From positions 499,420 through 563,419 of the forward strand of contig ML996690.1 of assembly GCA_010356995.1 (NCBI GenBank): 64,000 bases of DNA, given 5' to 3'. Every line of letters starts with the position of its first letter. The first letter of the stretch is position 1. The position numbers and the translations under genes are program-made. The notes under the pieces were generated by a model. It saw only the letters and a program-made list of their open reading frames with translations. It did no database searches and had not been told where the DNA came from. Shown here piece after piece: positions 49,452 to 61,879 of the stretch. The DNA comes from Trichodelitschia bisporula (lineage: Eukaryota).

Positions 49452-49849
49452 TGACCTTGGGAGGTTGGGTGATTTCTAGGGTATCTCTGTGTTATTTACT
49501 GCATAAGGTGGGGCTGGGAAAGATATCCGGCGTTCCGGTCGTTCTATGATGAGCGTAGCTGCAAAGCGTATTTGATGGCATTTGTGGAGAATGTCACCAA
49601 AATAGAGACTATATCTTGATCTGAATCTGTGTTGCAAATTCAGTGTTGTCCGAACTGCTGTAATCCGTCGTCGCAGTTCCGTGTGCAGGGCGTGCTCTCA
49701 TATCCGGGCATGACGTGCAAGCTCCATGCCAAGCTCGGCCCACGAGAAGCAATCGGCCCTCAACTTTTCGCTCCCCCCAGCTCCCTCCATAGCACCCCCA
49801 CGAACCTCCGACCATCAACACCACCCATCTCTCCCCCAACGCAGTCGCT

Positions 49850-51888
49850 ATGCTGCGCGTCCCGATTGCTAGAAGCAGGGCTCTTGCGTCCGCAGCCGTG
49901 CCTCTGCGCCCCGCTGCTCAATGGCACGCGCACCGGCTCGGCGGCATCGCTGCCCGGGTACGTGGCTCACTCCGCACCTTCGATATCTGTTTGCACGTCG
50001 GCTAATGGCTACGCATAGAGATTCTACGCTGAGGACGGCAAGTTTGTCGCACCTACCGGTACTTCGCCTACGGGCACGACGCCATCAGTCACTCCGCCGA
50101 CAAGCACCATAGGTCGTCCCGCCATCCCACCTGCCACCACGCCGCCGACTGGCACCGGAACCGCGAGCGTAGCTCCCCCCCCGACGACACCCACTCCACC
50201 GAAGAAAAAGCGTCGCGTACTGCGTTTCCTGGCCAACCTGCTCATTCTCGGAACGCTTGGTTACGGGATCGGCGTGTACTACGCGCTGACATCGGACAAC
50301 TGGCACGATTTCTTCACGGAGTATGTGCCGTTTGGTGAGGAAGTGGTTGCGTACTTTGAGGAGCGCGAGTTCAGGAAGCGGTTCCTTGAGCGTGGGCAGA
50401 GTGCTTCGAAACTCTACCCTCAGGTGAGGGGGGAGCAGAAGGTCAAGGTTGCGCCGCAGGCGGGGGTTTCGGCGCGCACGGTCGAAGACGACCTGGATCG
50501 GAAGGGCCGGCATGTCAGCGCTGTTGAGGCCAAGCCGACGGTGGATGCGAAGCCTGCGACACCTAGCGAGAGTCACAAGTTGATGCCGAAGGATGAGCTG
50601 AAGAAGGAGGTTTCCGCCCCGCTGCCGGAGAAGAAGGGGGCACCTAAGGAGGCACCTAAGAAAGAGCCTAAACCTGCTGCTACGAATGCTGCCCCGGCTT
50701 CCTTCATTGATGGTATCAACATCGAGCACGCCGAGGAGCCCGTCGTGCAAGACGTGGTCAAGATCTTGAACAACATCATCACAGCCATCAACGCCGACGC
50801 CTCGACAGCGGGCAAACTCTCTCCCACGCTCGAGCAAGCCAAGTCCGACATCACCAAGGTCGTCAATGACATCACCACGCTCAAGTCTCAAGAGCAATCT
50901 GCTGCGGACTCCCGCATTCGCGCCCTGCACGCCGAATTCGACAAAATGGCGCACGAGCTCCTCCGGCGCCAGGAAGCCACCGCCCAAGAGCAGGAAGTGC
51001 ACTGGAAGGAGGAATACGAGGCCGAGCAGCGTCGCCTCAGCGAAGCCTACGCCAAGAAGCTCGAGGCCGAACTCGAGTCCGCGAACCGCGTCGCAGACGC
51101 AAAGCTCCAGAACCGTCTCAAGGAACAGGCCGTCCAACTGCGTCGCCAGTTCACGGCGGCTGTGGCGGAGCGCGTTGAGGCTGAGCGTGAGGGTCGCCTC
51201 GGCAAGCTCTCCGATCTGAGCGAGCGTGTTGCCGAGCTTGACCGCCTGACCGCAGAGTGGGACGCCGTTGTGTCCGCCAACCTGCGCGCGCAGCACCTGA
51301 TCGTCGCGGTGGAAGCAGTGCGCTCCGCACTCGAAGAATCCGAGACAGCGGGCGTGGCGCGGCCGTTCGTGCGCGAACTGGCCGCGGTCAAGGAAGCAGG
51401 CGCCGCGAACCCAGTCATCGACGCGGCGATTGCGTCGGTCCACCCGAGCGCATATCAGAAGGGCATCCCGAGTGGCGCGGAGCTTGTGGAGCGGTTCAGG
51501 CGCGTGGCGGGCGAAGTGCGCAAGGCGGCGCTGCTGCCGGATAATGCGGGTGTTGCGAGCCATGCCGCGAGTCTGGTGCTGAGCAAGGTTATGTTCCGGA
51601 AGGGGGGGACGGAGGGCGTGGGGCAGGGGGGTGATGTTGAGAGTGTGCTTGCGCGGGCGGAGAGGGCGCTTGAGGAGGGGAGGCTGGAGGTTGCGGTGGA
51701 TGAGGTTAATGCGTTGGAGGGGTGGGCGAAGGTGCTTTCGAGGGATTGGTTGGCGGATTGTAGGCGGGTGTTGGAGGTTAAGCAGGCAGTTGATGTGAGT
51801 CTTAGCTCTTTCTTTACGCGATATGGTGAGACTAACGGCTTAGGTCATTGCGACGGAGGCGCGGTTGCAGAGCCTGCTCGTGGAGTAG
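49850..51888 (+). CDS. MIC60: MICOS subunit Mic60 (mitofilin); introns 49958-50018, 51795-51843
   Basis: Arg-rich presequence ending RFYA, single TM, DNWHDFFTEYVPFGE, coiled coil, mitofilin domain (GDVESVLARAE..L...LEGWAKVLSRDWL..RRVLEV), end EARLQSL. Confidence 0.93.
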
Positions 51889-52401
51889 GTTGGTGCCGGG
51901 ATGGGATAGACGGGTTTGTGATAGAGGGAGGGAAAACTGCGGTGCGCTGTGAATTAGTGCGGAATTCTACTGTACATTTATGTCGTCTGATCGCATTTTG
52001 CTGCGTGGGTTTCTGCGCAGAAGTCGGTGTGCCAATGGAGTGCGTTAATGGGAGTGTGATGCGAGGGCTGTAGCACATCGTGACTGCTGTTTGCTCGATT
52101 TCTCCCTTTACCCTCCATATCATCCATAGAACATATTGAGCTACCCCCCCTCGATTGATAAAAGACTTTGCCTTTCCGAAGTGCTTCCATCACAGTAGGC
52201 CAAATGGCGAAAAGATGACGCACAATTTTTCAAGGCTTTGGTACATACTTCGTGCCGTATCTTACTCTATCCCTCTTCTCACCTTACGCATCGAACTTGG
52301 AACCTGTTGACTGCGCGACTCTCGAGGACCAAAAAGAAATCTACGTCCTCCAGATCCTCATCACGAACACATAAAAAAGGCAAAAAGACAACTTCAACAT
52401 C

Positions 52402-52483
52402 TGCCCCCACGCCGATTTGAACGACGGACCTTCGCATGTACTCGAAGTACGAGTGCGACGCTCTACCCCTGAGCCATGAGGGC
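52402..52483 (-). tRNA. tRNA-Thr(CGT) with 10-nt intron (52438-52447)
   Basis: Cloverleaf: acceptor GCCCTCA/TGGGGGC, D arm GCTC/GAGC, anticodon arm TCGCA-CTCGTA-intron-A-TGCGA, T loop TTCAAAT; downstream T-tracts. Confidence 0.93.
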
Positions 52484-52640
52484 TTTTCGATGCGTAACGT
52501 TGGCTTTTCCAAAATTATGTTCTGTTTAATTTTGCCAAGGCCGGGAAACCCTGCACTGGACGACGTGACTTCGCGTTGTTTTCGTACCACCACTTCCATC
52601 CGCCACTTCATCCGCTACGCCATCCACAACCAATACACCA

Positions 52641-55577
52641 ATGGATGGAATACTGGAGGGCTTGAATGCTCAACAAAAATGCGCCGTCACAAGCCCCGCT
52701 CCCGTACTTCAAGTCCTGGCCCCGCCGGGCTCGGGGAAAACGAAGACGCTGACGACACGCGTCGCGTACCTCATCACGCAAGGCCTGAAGCCATGGAACA
52801 TGATCGTGTGCACATTCACAATCAAAGCGGCGCGCGAGATGAAAGAGCGGATACGGGCGTTCGTGGGTGCGGATCTCGAGAGCAGACTCGTTCTCGGGAC
52901 GTTCCATTCCGTGGCCAGGCGCTTTCTCGTCGCGTATGGGGCGCGGATCGGTATAAAGAAGAGCTTTGGGATTGCGGATAGCGGTGACAGTTTGGCGATT
53001 ATTAAGAGGATTGTCAAGAGGCGTGGGTTTATGATGGAGCCGGCGAAGGCGAGGGCTAGAATTTCGAAACTCAAGTCTGGGACTGCGGCGCCGACTGAGG
53101 CGAAAGCGAAGGGCCCGAGTGTGGATCAGCAGGAGTTTGTGGCGATTTTCACGGAGTACGAGGAGGCGCTGGAGACTTCTAATCTGCTGGACTACGACGA
53201 TCTGCTCCTGCGGTGTGTGGAGCTCTTGAAACGCTTCCCCGAGTGCGTCTCGAATATCCAGGCCGTCCTGATCGACGAATTCCAGGATACGAACCACGTT
53301 CAGTACGAGCTCATGTCGCTCTTCGCCCAGCACCGGGACCCGAAGACACCAGATCATAAGATCCCCAGCATCACCATCGTTGGCGACCCCGATCAGAGCA
53401 TCTATAGCTTCCGGTCCGCTGAAATCAAGAACCTCCGGAAGATGACGACTCAGTATCCGGGCACGCACGTCGTGATATTGGAAGAGAACTACCGCTCCTC
53501 CGGCTCGATCCTTCAGTCTGCCCTGGAAGTCATCGAGCAGGACGAGTCCAGGCCGGAGAAGAAGCTGCTGCCCACGCATTGCATCGGCGAGCGCCCCGTC
53601 TTGCGAACGCTGTCGACACCGCACAAGGAAGCCGACTGGCTTGTGGGGGAAATCCGCAGGTGTGAAGCCCTGAACGCTGGGCTGCTGAAGTACTCCGACT
53701 TTGCTGTTCTCCTACGGTCTGCCAGCCTCTCTCGCCACATCGAAAGCGCCCTCGGAAAGGCCGGCATACCTTACCGGATGGTCGGTGGCCATAAGTTCTT
53801 TGACCGAGTGGAGGTCAAGCTTGTGCTTGACTATCTCCGCGTCATTGGGCATCCCGAGCACAACGATGCGCTGGCGAGAATCATCAACGTTCCGCCACGG
53901 AAGATCGGAGAAACGGCAATGAAAACACTGTTCGATGAAGCAGATCGCAAGAAGATTCCTCTCTGGACTCACCTCCTCGACGTATGTCAAGGTCGATCCA
54001 GCAGCAAGATCAGCGCCCAAGCCGAACGGAGCCTCTCCACTCTCATTAAAATCATCCTGACGTCGCGGACAAAGCTCGCCGAAGCTGACGAGACGGGTTT
54101 CACAATCCCCGACCTGATGGAGTACTTCATGGAAAGGCTCAGCCTAAAGAAATACTTAGAGGACAAATACCAAAAGGAAGGCCGCTGGGCCAACGTCGAA
54201 GAGCTCTTAACCCTCGCCCGCGACGCCTCTGCCTCCCTCGAAGCAGAAGCTGAAGCCGACGCCCTTGCGCCCATCGACGGCGTCAACCAGGACCAGCCCT
54301 CGGGCCTCCAGGATCTGCTAACGCGGTTCCTCGCCAACGTAGCCCTCTCCACCGAAGCTCAGGACACGAAAGGCGGCACCGAGACCCCAAATCAAGTCAC
54401 CCTCTCCACCATCCACGCCGCCAAAGGCCTCGAATGGCCCGTCGTCTTCATCCCCGGCGCATTCCAGGGCTCGATTCCGCATTCCCGCGCCGAGGACACG
54501 GACGAAGAGCGGCGGCTGCTATACGTGGGCATGACCCGCGCGAAGGCCCTGCTGTACCTCTCGCGGCCCAAGAAAAACTCAAACAGGGAGGACACCACCC
54601 TCTCCCCCTTTCTTTCCGCACCCAACATGTCCCGCTTCTTCGCCCCCCGCGGCCCGTCCTTCACACTTAGCACCCTCCGCGACCTATCCCGCATCCTACA
54701 CCGCCCCTGCCCAGCACCCTCCGCCTTCCACGCCGTCATCGAAGCCGCCATCAGAGATGCGGACTTCCACGTCGAGGATGATCGGTTCCCAGAAGACCCC
54801 GACGAGCGCCCGCAGGAGGACACGTCATACGTAGACTACGACAAAGAGACCCCCTACCCCCCAGGCAAAAGGGCTCGCCTGTCCCACGCCCCACCTACCA
54901 CATCGGCGACAGGCTTCCGCTCCGCGTCCTCCACCATCTTCTCCGCCGGCACTTACTCTAACACAGCACTGGGCTTCACATCCGCGCGCACCGCCATGGC
55001 TGAGCTCGAAGCCGCGGCTCAAACCGCCGAACCCCCACCAGAGCCGCGCGACAAGGCGCGGACCACGGGGAAGAAGCGGCAAATCTCAGGCCAGGGCACG
55101 CTGGGCGAATTCTTCAAGCCCAAATCCACCGCAGCGAAGCCCGCCGCTACTAACCCCGTTTCCAACCCCGCAACCCTCCCCCCAAAAGCAGCCAGAATGC
55201 CCAACCTCCCCGCCCGTATCCCCAACGCCGCCCTGGCAAGCATCCTGCAACCCACCGGCATCCCGCCTTCCCTCGCACAGCGCCAGCCGCGCAAAACGCC
55301 CATGCGCACACCCTCGTGGGCCGCAAAGCCCCTCCCTCCAGCAGACGAAAACGCCGCGCCCCCTCCCGAGCCGGACGGAGAAGCAGAACCACTCGTAGCA
55401 ACATCTTTCCATACCACGACTTTCCAAGCCGCGACACTGCACACGACGACGATGGTGCAGCTCACGGGCACGGGAGTGGGGGTTGGGCGGCGGGCGCTGG
55501 GTCTGCGGTCGAGCGGTGCTGGTGCTGGGGGTGGGGCGTTGAATCGCCCGTTTAAACCGCCGGGACGGGCGGGGTAG
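52641..55577 (+). CDS. SRS2: UvrD/PcrA-family DNA helicase, Srs2-like
   Basis: APPGSGKTKTL, GTFHS, IDEFQD, VGDPDQSIYSFR, ENYRS, STIHAAKGLEW, EERRLLYVGMTRA; disordered tail with PIP-like QGTLGEFF. Confidence 0.92.
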   Translation: MDGILEGLNAQQKCAVTSPAPVLQVLAPPGSGKTKTLTTRVAYLITQGLKPWNMIVCTFTIKAAREMKERIRAFVGADLESRLVLGTFHSVARRFLVAYGARIGIKKSFGIADSGDSLAIIKRIVKRRGFMMEPAKARARISKLKSGTAAPTEAKAKGPSVDQQEFVAIFTEYEEALETSNLLDYDDLLLRCVELLKRFPECVSNIQAVLIDEFQDTNHVQYELMSLFAQHRDPKTPDHKIPSITIVGDPDQSIYSFRSAEIKNLRKMTTQYPGTHVVILEENYRSSGSILQSALEVIEQDESRPEKKLLPTHCIGERPVLRTLSTPHKEADWLVGEIRRCEALNAGLLKYSDFAVLLRSASLSRHIESALGKAGIPYRMVGGHKFFDRVEVKLVLDYLRVIGHPEHNDALARIINVPPRKIGETAMKTLFDEADRKKIPLWTHLLDVCQGRSSSKISAQAERSLSTLIKIILTSRTKLAEADETGFTIPDLMEYFMERLSLKKYLEDKYQKEGRWANVEELLTLARDASASLEAEAEADALAPIDGVNQDQPSGLQDLLTRFLANVALSTEAQDTKGGTETPNQVTLSTIHAAKGLEWPVVFIPGAFQGSIPHSRAEDTDEERRLLYVGMTRAKALLYLSRPKKNSNREDTTLSPFLSAPNMSRFFAPRGPSFTLSTLRDLSRILHRPCPAPSAFHAVIEAAIRDADFHVEDDRFPEDPDERPQEDTSYVDYDKETPYPPGKRARLSHAPPTTSATGFRSASSTIFSAGTYSNTALGFTSARTAMAELEAAAQTAEPPPEPRDKARTTGKKRQISGQGTLGEFFKPKSTAAKPAATNPVSNPATLPPKAARMPNLPARIPNAALASILQPTGIPPSLAQRQPRKTPMRTPSWAAKPLPPADENAAPPPEPDGEAEPLVATSFHTTTFQAATLHTTTMVQLTGTGVGVGRRALGLRSSGAGAGGGALNRPFKPPGRAG

Positions 55578-55785
55578 GATGTGTTGATGGATTGGATTAA
55601 GGTGGGAACTTGTAGATAGTTGGCGTTGGGCGAGGGTGAATGTAGTTGCCTCCCCGGCGGCGGCTCGGGCAGGGGCGTAATGTACACGACGAGCAACCCG
55701 AAGCCGAGTCTTGTGCACTTATGCCGACGGCAAAAGAAGTTTGATGCTTGGGAGTGGGGGGCAGGGCGCGAAAAAAAATATCCGT

Positions 55786-55858
55786 TACAAGAGGGGGGGA
55801 TCGAACCCCCGACCTTCGCCGTGTAAAGGCGACATCATAACCACTAGACTACTCCTGC
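55786..55858 (-). tRNA. tRNA-Val(TAC)
   Basis: 73 nt GCAGGAGTAGTCTAGTGGTTATGATGTCGCCTTTACACGGCGAAGGTCGGGGGTTCGATCCCCCCCTCTTGTA; folds as a cloverleaf; T8 terminator downstream. Confidence 0.93.
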
Positions 55859-58824
55859 GGCTAGGATGTCGAAATTGGCAGACGTCGGAACTACATAGTG
55901 CATTGCGCACACGTGAGGCATGAGAGGAAGACCTCATGCCGAATAATGGGCCGGGCCCGGTCAATACCGCGTGTACTTCTACAGTAAGCGTCGTGAAGCA
56001 CCCCGCACCGAAGTTCTTCGTGGTAAAAAGGGTCCTTGAAGCCCCCGAGCCGGCTCTTTTCCCCCGGCGCTTGCTGCGTGCCCCGGCTGGAGCTTGATCT
56101 TAGCGGGCACTGAATACCAGATTGTGAGTCGCGCGCGGCTAGATTGAATGAATTGGGATAAGGTGCAATGGCTGTGGCCTAAGGATCACGGGCAGGCCAC
56201 GCGGCCGTCGTGGATGGGAAAGAGCGGACACGCACCACGAGCTCAGCTGCCGGGCCAGAAGGGCAGTGCCAATGGAGCCGCATAAGCTCGAGAGATCGAT
56301 GGGACCATGAATTCACTGCTGCTGAGTCCCGAAAAGCTCTATTCAATTACGAGTGGTGTCAACGGAGCTGCATGAGCTCGAAAAATCCAGGACGTCATGG
56401 ATTCGCCCACTCCTGACTCTCGAAAAGCTCGATTCAATAACGAAGGAGATGAAGTTGGCTGCATATGTGCAACCACGCCGTATCATGAATCCACAGAAGC
56501 CTTCCCCCCGCCCCAGGACAGCGGAATTCTCCATCCACCGGACCATCCCCCGGTTTCAGGCACCCGAAAAAAGCTTGACGACGCGCCATCAGCTGAGGTG
56601 GAACAGGAGAAGCCGGCAAACAAAGTTAGCAATACGATACCGGTGGGAGAGCCGCGCGGGCACGCCACACGCCACGACCTGCAGCCGAATGGCGTAGAGC
56701 CGCCCACGGCGGTGGGGTGGCCTTGGCTGAAAAGCTTAGAGTTGTTGCTTCTGTGAGTGTAGACGCCTCCGTTAGAAACCATTTCTACCATACCGTAGTA
56801 TTAGTGCAGCAAGCTTTCGGGTGTGCCATCGGCTGCGTGGACATCCGATGATGGGGGATTTGCGGAAGCTATGCGGTCGTGGTAATGGTGGAGGTCTTGT
56901 TCTAGGCCTGAGAGGGCGACCGCGTGAGATGATCGGCGGAGCTTGACGCGAGCAATAAGCCGCAGAGAACGATAGGTTGGCATCGCGATCTTAATGGCCG
57001 TAATTGCGATCAACGGTTGGCAAAGCCACAGCTGAAAGCCTTATGAGGGCAATGGTATGGTACGAGAGAGGATGAAAGCGAGATGCCAATAGAAACGCCT
57101 TTTCCTGGTGTCACACGAACTGTCGACTCACGTCTAACATACTTCATTTTACCGCTCGAATGTGCATGTTCGAGGGGATGAAAGAGAGGACCTATTCAAC
57201 GGAACTGACAATGCAGTGGCGGATGATTCAGACTTCTGAAACACCATGCAGTTGGATGCCCGACGGGGTGAAAGAGGAGAAGGTGAGCAATGTAAGACAT
57301 AACTCAGGAGAGTCCCCCAGCGTCAAGAGGCTGGCCGGGACGGGGAGTTGAGCCGATGTTGTTCCCGAAAACAACCATCACGCGAGCAATTGAGGTGAAA
57401 TTGATATTTTGCTCACTTCTTTTCTCAGCACAGCGACGGTAATTGGGTAACTGTTCCTAACAGGTGGTTAAGGAGATGGGGGAGGCGGCGGACGTTGAGC
57501 CGGTGGGAGACGCCCATACGACGCCTTTCCCTGCCCGGATCGGATTAACCTCCTTTTTGCGAGGGGCACTGACCAGTCCCATCGGTCTCAGCTCTCACCT
57601 TCTCACAACTTTACATCCCCAACATTGTCTGAGGCTTGCAGCCTCCACGCCACAACTACGCAAGCATTTTACCGCCGCTTACCGCAGTGGAGAGCAAGCA
57701 GCACCGAGCAAGCGCCGAGTGTCAGCAAGCTTTACTAACGAAGTGGCAGTCTGACATGATTTATGCCGCAGAAGCGCTCTTCCGGTATGCCGTCTTTGGA
57801 TTGGACAAGGACATGTCAATACCGTACGACTCGCACCTTCCCTCGGCCAAGCATCACCGGAATTATACAACGGAAAGGCTTGTCATCTGAGTAGGAAATG
57901 GCCATCACGGATAGGGCTTCCAGTATCTCGCGTAACAAGCTCCGGCCACGCGATTGTACAAGACCATTGGGTCTGAATATCGTTACTAAGTGCGCAGACT
58001 ACGGATTAAGAGGAACTATTTCCATTGGCGGCATGCTAAATGCCATTACTGGCCTACTAAATCACTAGCGTAGATGACGGCTACCCACACGCGTCATGGA
58101 CCCCAAGTGGAGACGGGGTCAAGCATTGAGGGTTGCGGGATTATCCGTTAAGTCTCCTTTGCAAGTTCCGGTCCTCAGGGCCAAAGAGGTCCTGGAGAGA
58201 GAGAAGAAGAATGAGATGACGGGGAAAGCCATGGAAGAATGAAGCCTCTTCTCAGTTAGATCAAGCCCACTTGCCGGTGGCTGTCTGTCGGCGTCAACAG
58301 GGGCAGCGGGAGGTCCCATGGGGGCCTGGACGGGAAGGCTTTTTGAGGAGTCGAGGCGCCGAACGGTCAAGCTTTTCGAAGTGCGGTTGGACACGGCCTG
58401 TGCCTGACGCTTGACTCAATACAGCCTTCGCGAGGCTGTCGGTCCATTCAGCGATGGTCCCGACATGCCCGCAGCATTTCCCAGTCCGGTCTTCTACTCC
58501 ACTCTCCTCGCCTTTCCCTTCAAGAGGCGGAGTGGGACCTGCACATGCTCAGCCCCCACAGATATTGGGGTCATGGCGGATGGACTACAGAGACGAGACA
58601 CATCGTAACCCGCGACTATGGCTGGCTCCACACTGGCTCGCGGTCCGCCGTACGGAGGGACCGTCCTCCGCAAAAGGCAATGGAGTAGCTCCTGAGGCTG
58701 CTGTCGATCTTCGATATAAGCTGGATCCCTCCGCCCATCTTTCCTATCTCCAAACCAGTACAGTCATTCGTTCTTCACTTTCTCTTTCCATTGCGGCTAT
58801 TTTTGTTTAGGGCATCAGTTCAAG

Positions 58825-61236
58825 ATGGCCCCCTCCACTCGTTTCGCAGCCGCGATATCCGCTCTTTCCGCACTTGCTTTTGCTCAGTCCTATGATGCGC
58901 CGGTATGCGCAGGCACCACCACCGTCTACACAACTGTTACCGTCCCGTACGGCAGCAGCGGTGCTGCTCCCACTTCCGCTTCCTACACTAATCCCGACTA
59001 TGCCATTCCCAACCTCGACGACTACAAGAAGCAGAACCCCCACATCGACTTCCCCACGTACTCGGACAAGAACCCGAACCCCAACGGGCCGTACTACAAC
59101 CCGAACGACTACCAGCCCCCTCTGGCTGTCTGGCCCGGCAAGCCCACTTCACCCGCCCAGAAGCCGGCACCCCGCCCCTCGGCTCCCTACACCTATGGCG
59201 GCCCCTCCAGCTCTGGGTACATCGCTCCGGCCTGGATTCCCAAGAACGGCGGGTACTCCCTGAAGCCGGCCCTGGACCAGAAGCTTACCAACGGTAACTC
59301 CTACTGGGGTACGCTGCAGTGCCCGGTCCTCGGCAACACGGCCGACGAACACCCGCCGCTGCCTCCTCGCGGCGGCTCGGGCTCCGCTTCCTACGGCTCT
59401 GGCTCGGCCTCAAGCGGTGGCTTCAAGCCCAGCAGCGGTGCCGGCTTCAGCGTCAGCGGCTTCAAGCCGAGCGGCACCAAGGGCCCGTCGGGCTTCAGCA
59501 CCCAGGTCATCCCCAGCCGGACGGCGTCCTCGTTCCCCACCATCACTCTGCCCTCGACCAGCGGCAACAACAGCAGCACGAACGGCACTTCCTCGGCTTG
59601 CGGCCCGATTCCCGACACCGGCGCCACGCGGACGTACAACTTCCACGTCTCGAAGGAGACGGTTGCTCCCGATGGTGTGGTTAAGAACGGGCTTGTGGTC
59701 AATGGCCAGTTCCCCGGCCCGCTGATCGAGGCGAACTGGGGCGACTGGATCGAGGTCATTGTCACCAACGACATGTCCGATGAGGGTACCTCGCTTCACT
59801 GGCATGGTCTCCTTCAGAAGGACACGCCTTGGTTCGATGGTGTCCCGTCTGTCTCCCAGTGCCCGATTGCGCCGGGTGACACGCTCGTCTACAAGTTCCG
59901 CGCCGACGTCTTCGGTTCTTCGTGGTACCACTCGCATTACAGCGCGCAGTACGCTGGCGGTGCTCTGGGCCCGATTGTCATCCACGGACCCAAGACTCAG
60001 GACTACGACGTCGATCTCGGCCCAGTCATGGTTTCGGATTGGTATCACGATGATTACTTCACGCTGGTCAACCGCACCATGAACGGCATCATTTCCTTCT
60101 CGAACAACATCCTGATCAACGGCAAGATGAACTACCCGTGCCAGAACACCACCTTCGCCTGCACGCCCAACGCCGGTGTCTCCAAATTCTCCTTCACGTC
60201 CGGCAAGAAGCACCTCCTGCGCATCATCAACACCTCCGCCGAGGCCATGATCAAGTTCAGCATTGACGGCCACACCATGAAGGTCGTCGCCAACGACTTC
60301 GTCCCCATCCAGCCGTATGACACCAACGTCGTCACCGTCGGCGTCGGCCAGCGCTCTGACGTCATCGTTGAGGCCACCGGTGCGTCCACCGACCTCGTCT
60401 GGATGCGTGCCGATGCCACCGGATGCGCTTTCACTGATGGCGTCTCACCCCAGGGTGTCGCGGGCGTGTACTACGAGTCCGCGAATGAGGACGATGTCCC
60501 CTCCAGCACGTCGAGCGTCGCTGCCTCCGCCCTCACCGACTGCGGCAACGACCCGCTGTCGCAGACGCAGCCGTTCTGCCCGCAGACCGCGCTTGACAGC
60601 AACCCCACGGTGCAGAACATCGACATCACGTTCGGCAACAACGGGACCAATTTCGTGTGGTTCATGAACAACCAGTCCTTCCACGGCGATTACAACGCGC
60701 CGGTGCTGCAGCAGGCGAACGAGGGCAACCTGACCTTCCCTGCTGAGTGGTACGTTCCTTCCCTCCCCAACCCCTGACAGAAAAAAAAGTCCGCTAACAT
60801 AAGCAGGAACGTGTTCAACTTCGCCTCCGCGGGCTCCGTGCGCCTAATCCTCAAGTCCTTCTTCACCGCCGGCGCCCACCCAATGCATCTCCACGGCCAC
60901 AACTTCCACGTGCTGGACGAAGGCTTCGGCGACTGGGACGGCGTGATCACCAACCCGTCGAACCCGCAGACGCGCGACGTGCAGCTCCTGCGCCCGGCGC
61001 AGGACGCCAACACGCCCAGCTACATCGTGATGCAGTGGACGCAGGATAACCCCGGTGTGTGGCCGATGCACTGCCACATCGCGTGGCACGTCAGCGGTGG
61101 CTTGTACATCAATGTCCTGGAGCGCCCGGATGATATCCAGAAAATGACGATTGATCATTCGGTGGCGGATACTTGCCAGAAGTGGGATGCTTGGAGCGCG
61201 GCGAATGTGGTTGATCAGATCGATTCGGGTTTGTAA
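58825..61236 (+). CDS. Secreted laccase-like multicopper oxidase (AA1); intron 60750-60806
   Basis: Copper motifs HWHG, WYHSH, HPMHLHGH and HCHIAWH; ascomycete laccase C-terminus DSGL; signal peptide. Confidence 0.95.
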
Positions 61237-61879
61237 ATGTGTGCGTGTTGGATTGGATTGGGAGTTCTTGTAAATGGGTTATAGGCTTGTATTATCGGGA
61301 TTTTTTTGTATAATGGTAGCGTAATTAGAACCTGAAGCAGGTATGGGATGCGGTTTGTTTCTACGCTTGTGCTTTGGTTGTGACACTGAAGCTAGCCTGT
61401 TCATTCGCGATGTGTACAGCGGTTCTGGGAGACAAGCAACGCCTTTCTCGGTGATAGGGATAGGGCGATGGGCAAAGTACGATTGCGACTTTCGGAGCTC
61501 TGACAATGCCCTTTTGCGGGATCTGACGCAGCTTCTGGAATCCTATAAGCGGCTGTCACTGCAAAAAGCCAACTTGCCCGTATAAAGCATGTTCCTCAGG
61601 CGTGTCCTACATGTCACAGCGGTGAGCCTGATGTAGACACAAGGAGCATTGTTATGTCAGGAAGGAACAGGTTGAACATGACGTGATGTGCTCATAGCTA
61701 AAGGAAGGGGCATCGGAGGGCATAGTGTATTTATTCTTGAGTCTTTGACTCTCTTCCGCTCTCCGTTTTACCTCCATCTCCACTCACTTTTCACGGTTGC
61801 CTTTGCACGTGTTAAAGCTCTTGCTCCCATCAAAGCCCCATCCGGAGTAAGCAAAGCCCAGGAAAACACTAGGTTCATC

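Noticed and set aside
50085..51563. 492-aa - strand ORF (likewise 52608-53624 and 59410-60273)
   Set aside because: Antisense shadows of MIC60, SRS2 and the laccase.
8250..55577. Apparent functional clustering (cell cycle, DNA repair, tRNA and lipid genes)
   Set aside because: Ordinary mix of housekeeping genes; no biosynthetic backbone gene, CRISPR-like array or intact mobile element was seen.
55917..55940. 8-bp hairpin GGCATGAG...CTCATGCC upstream of tRNA-Val
   Set aside because: Too short to exceed chance.
56080..56125. CTTGATCT...ATACCAG resembling a TPP riboswitch
   Set aside because: No CTGAGA element, wrong spacing, and no thiamine gene nearby.
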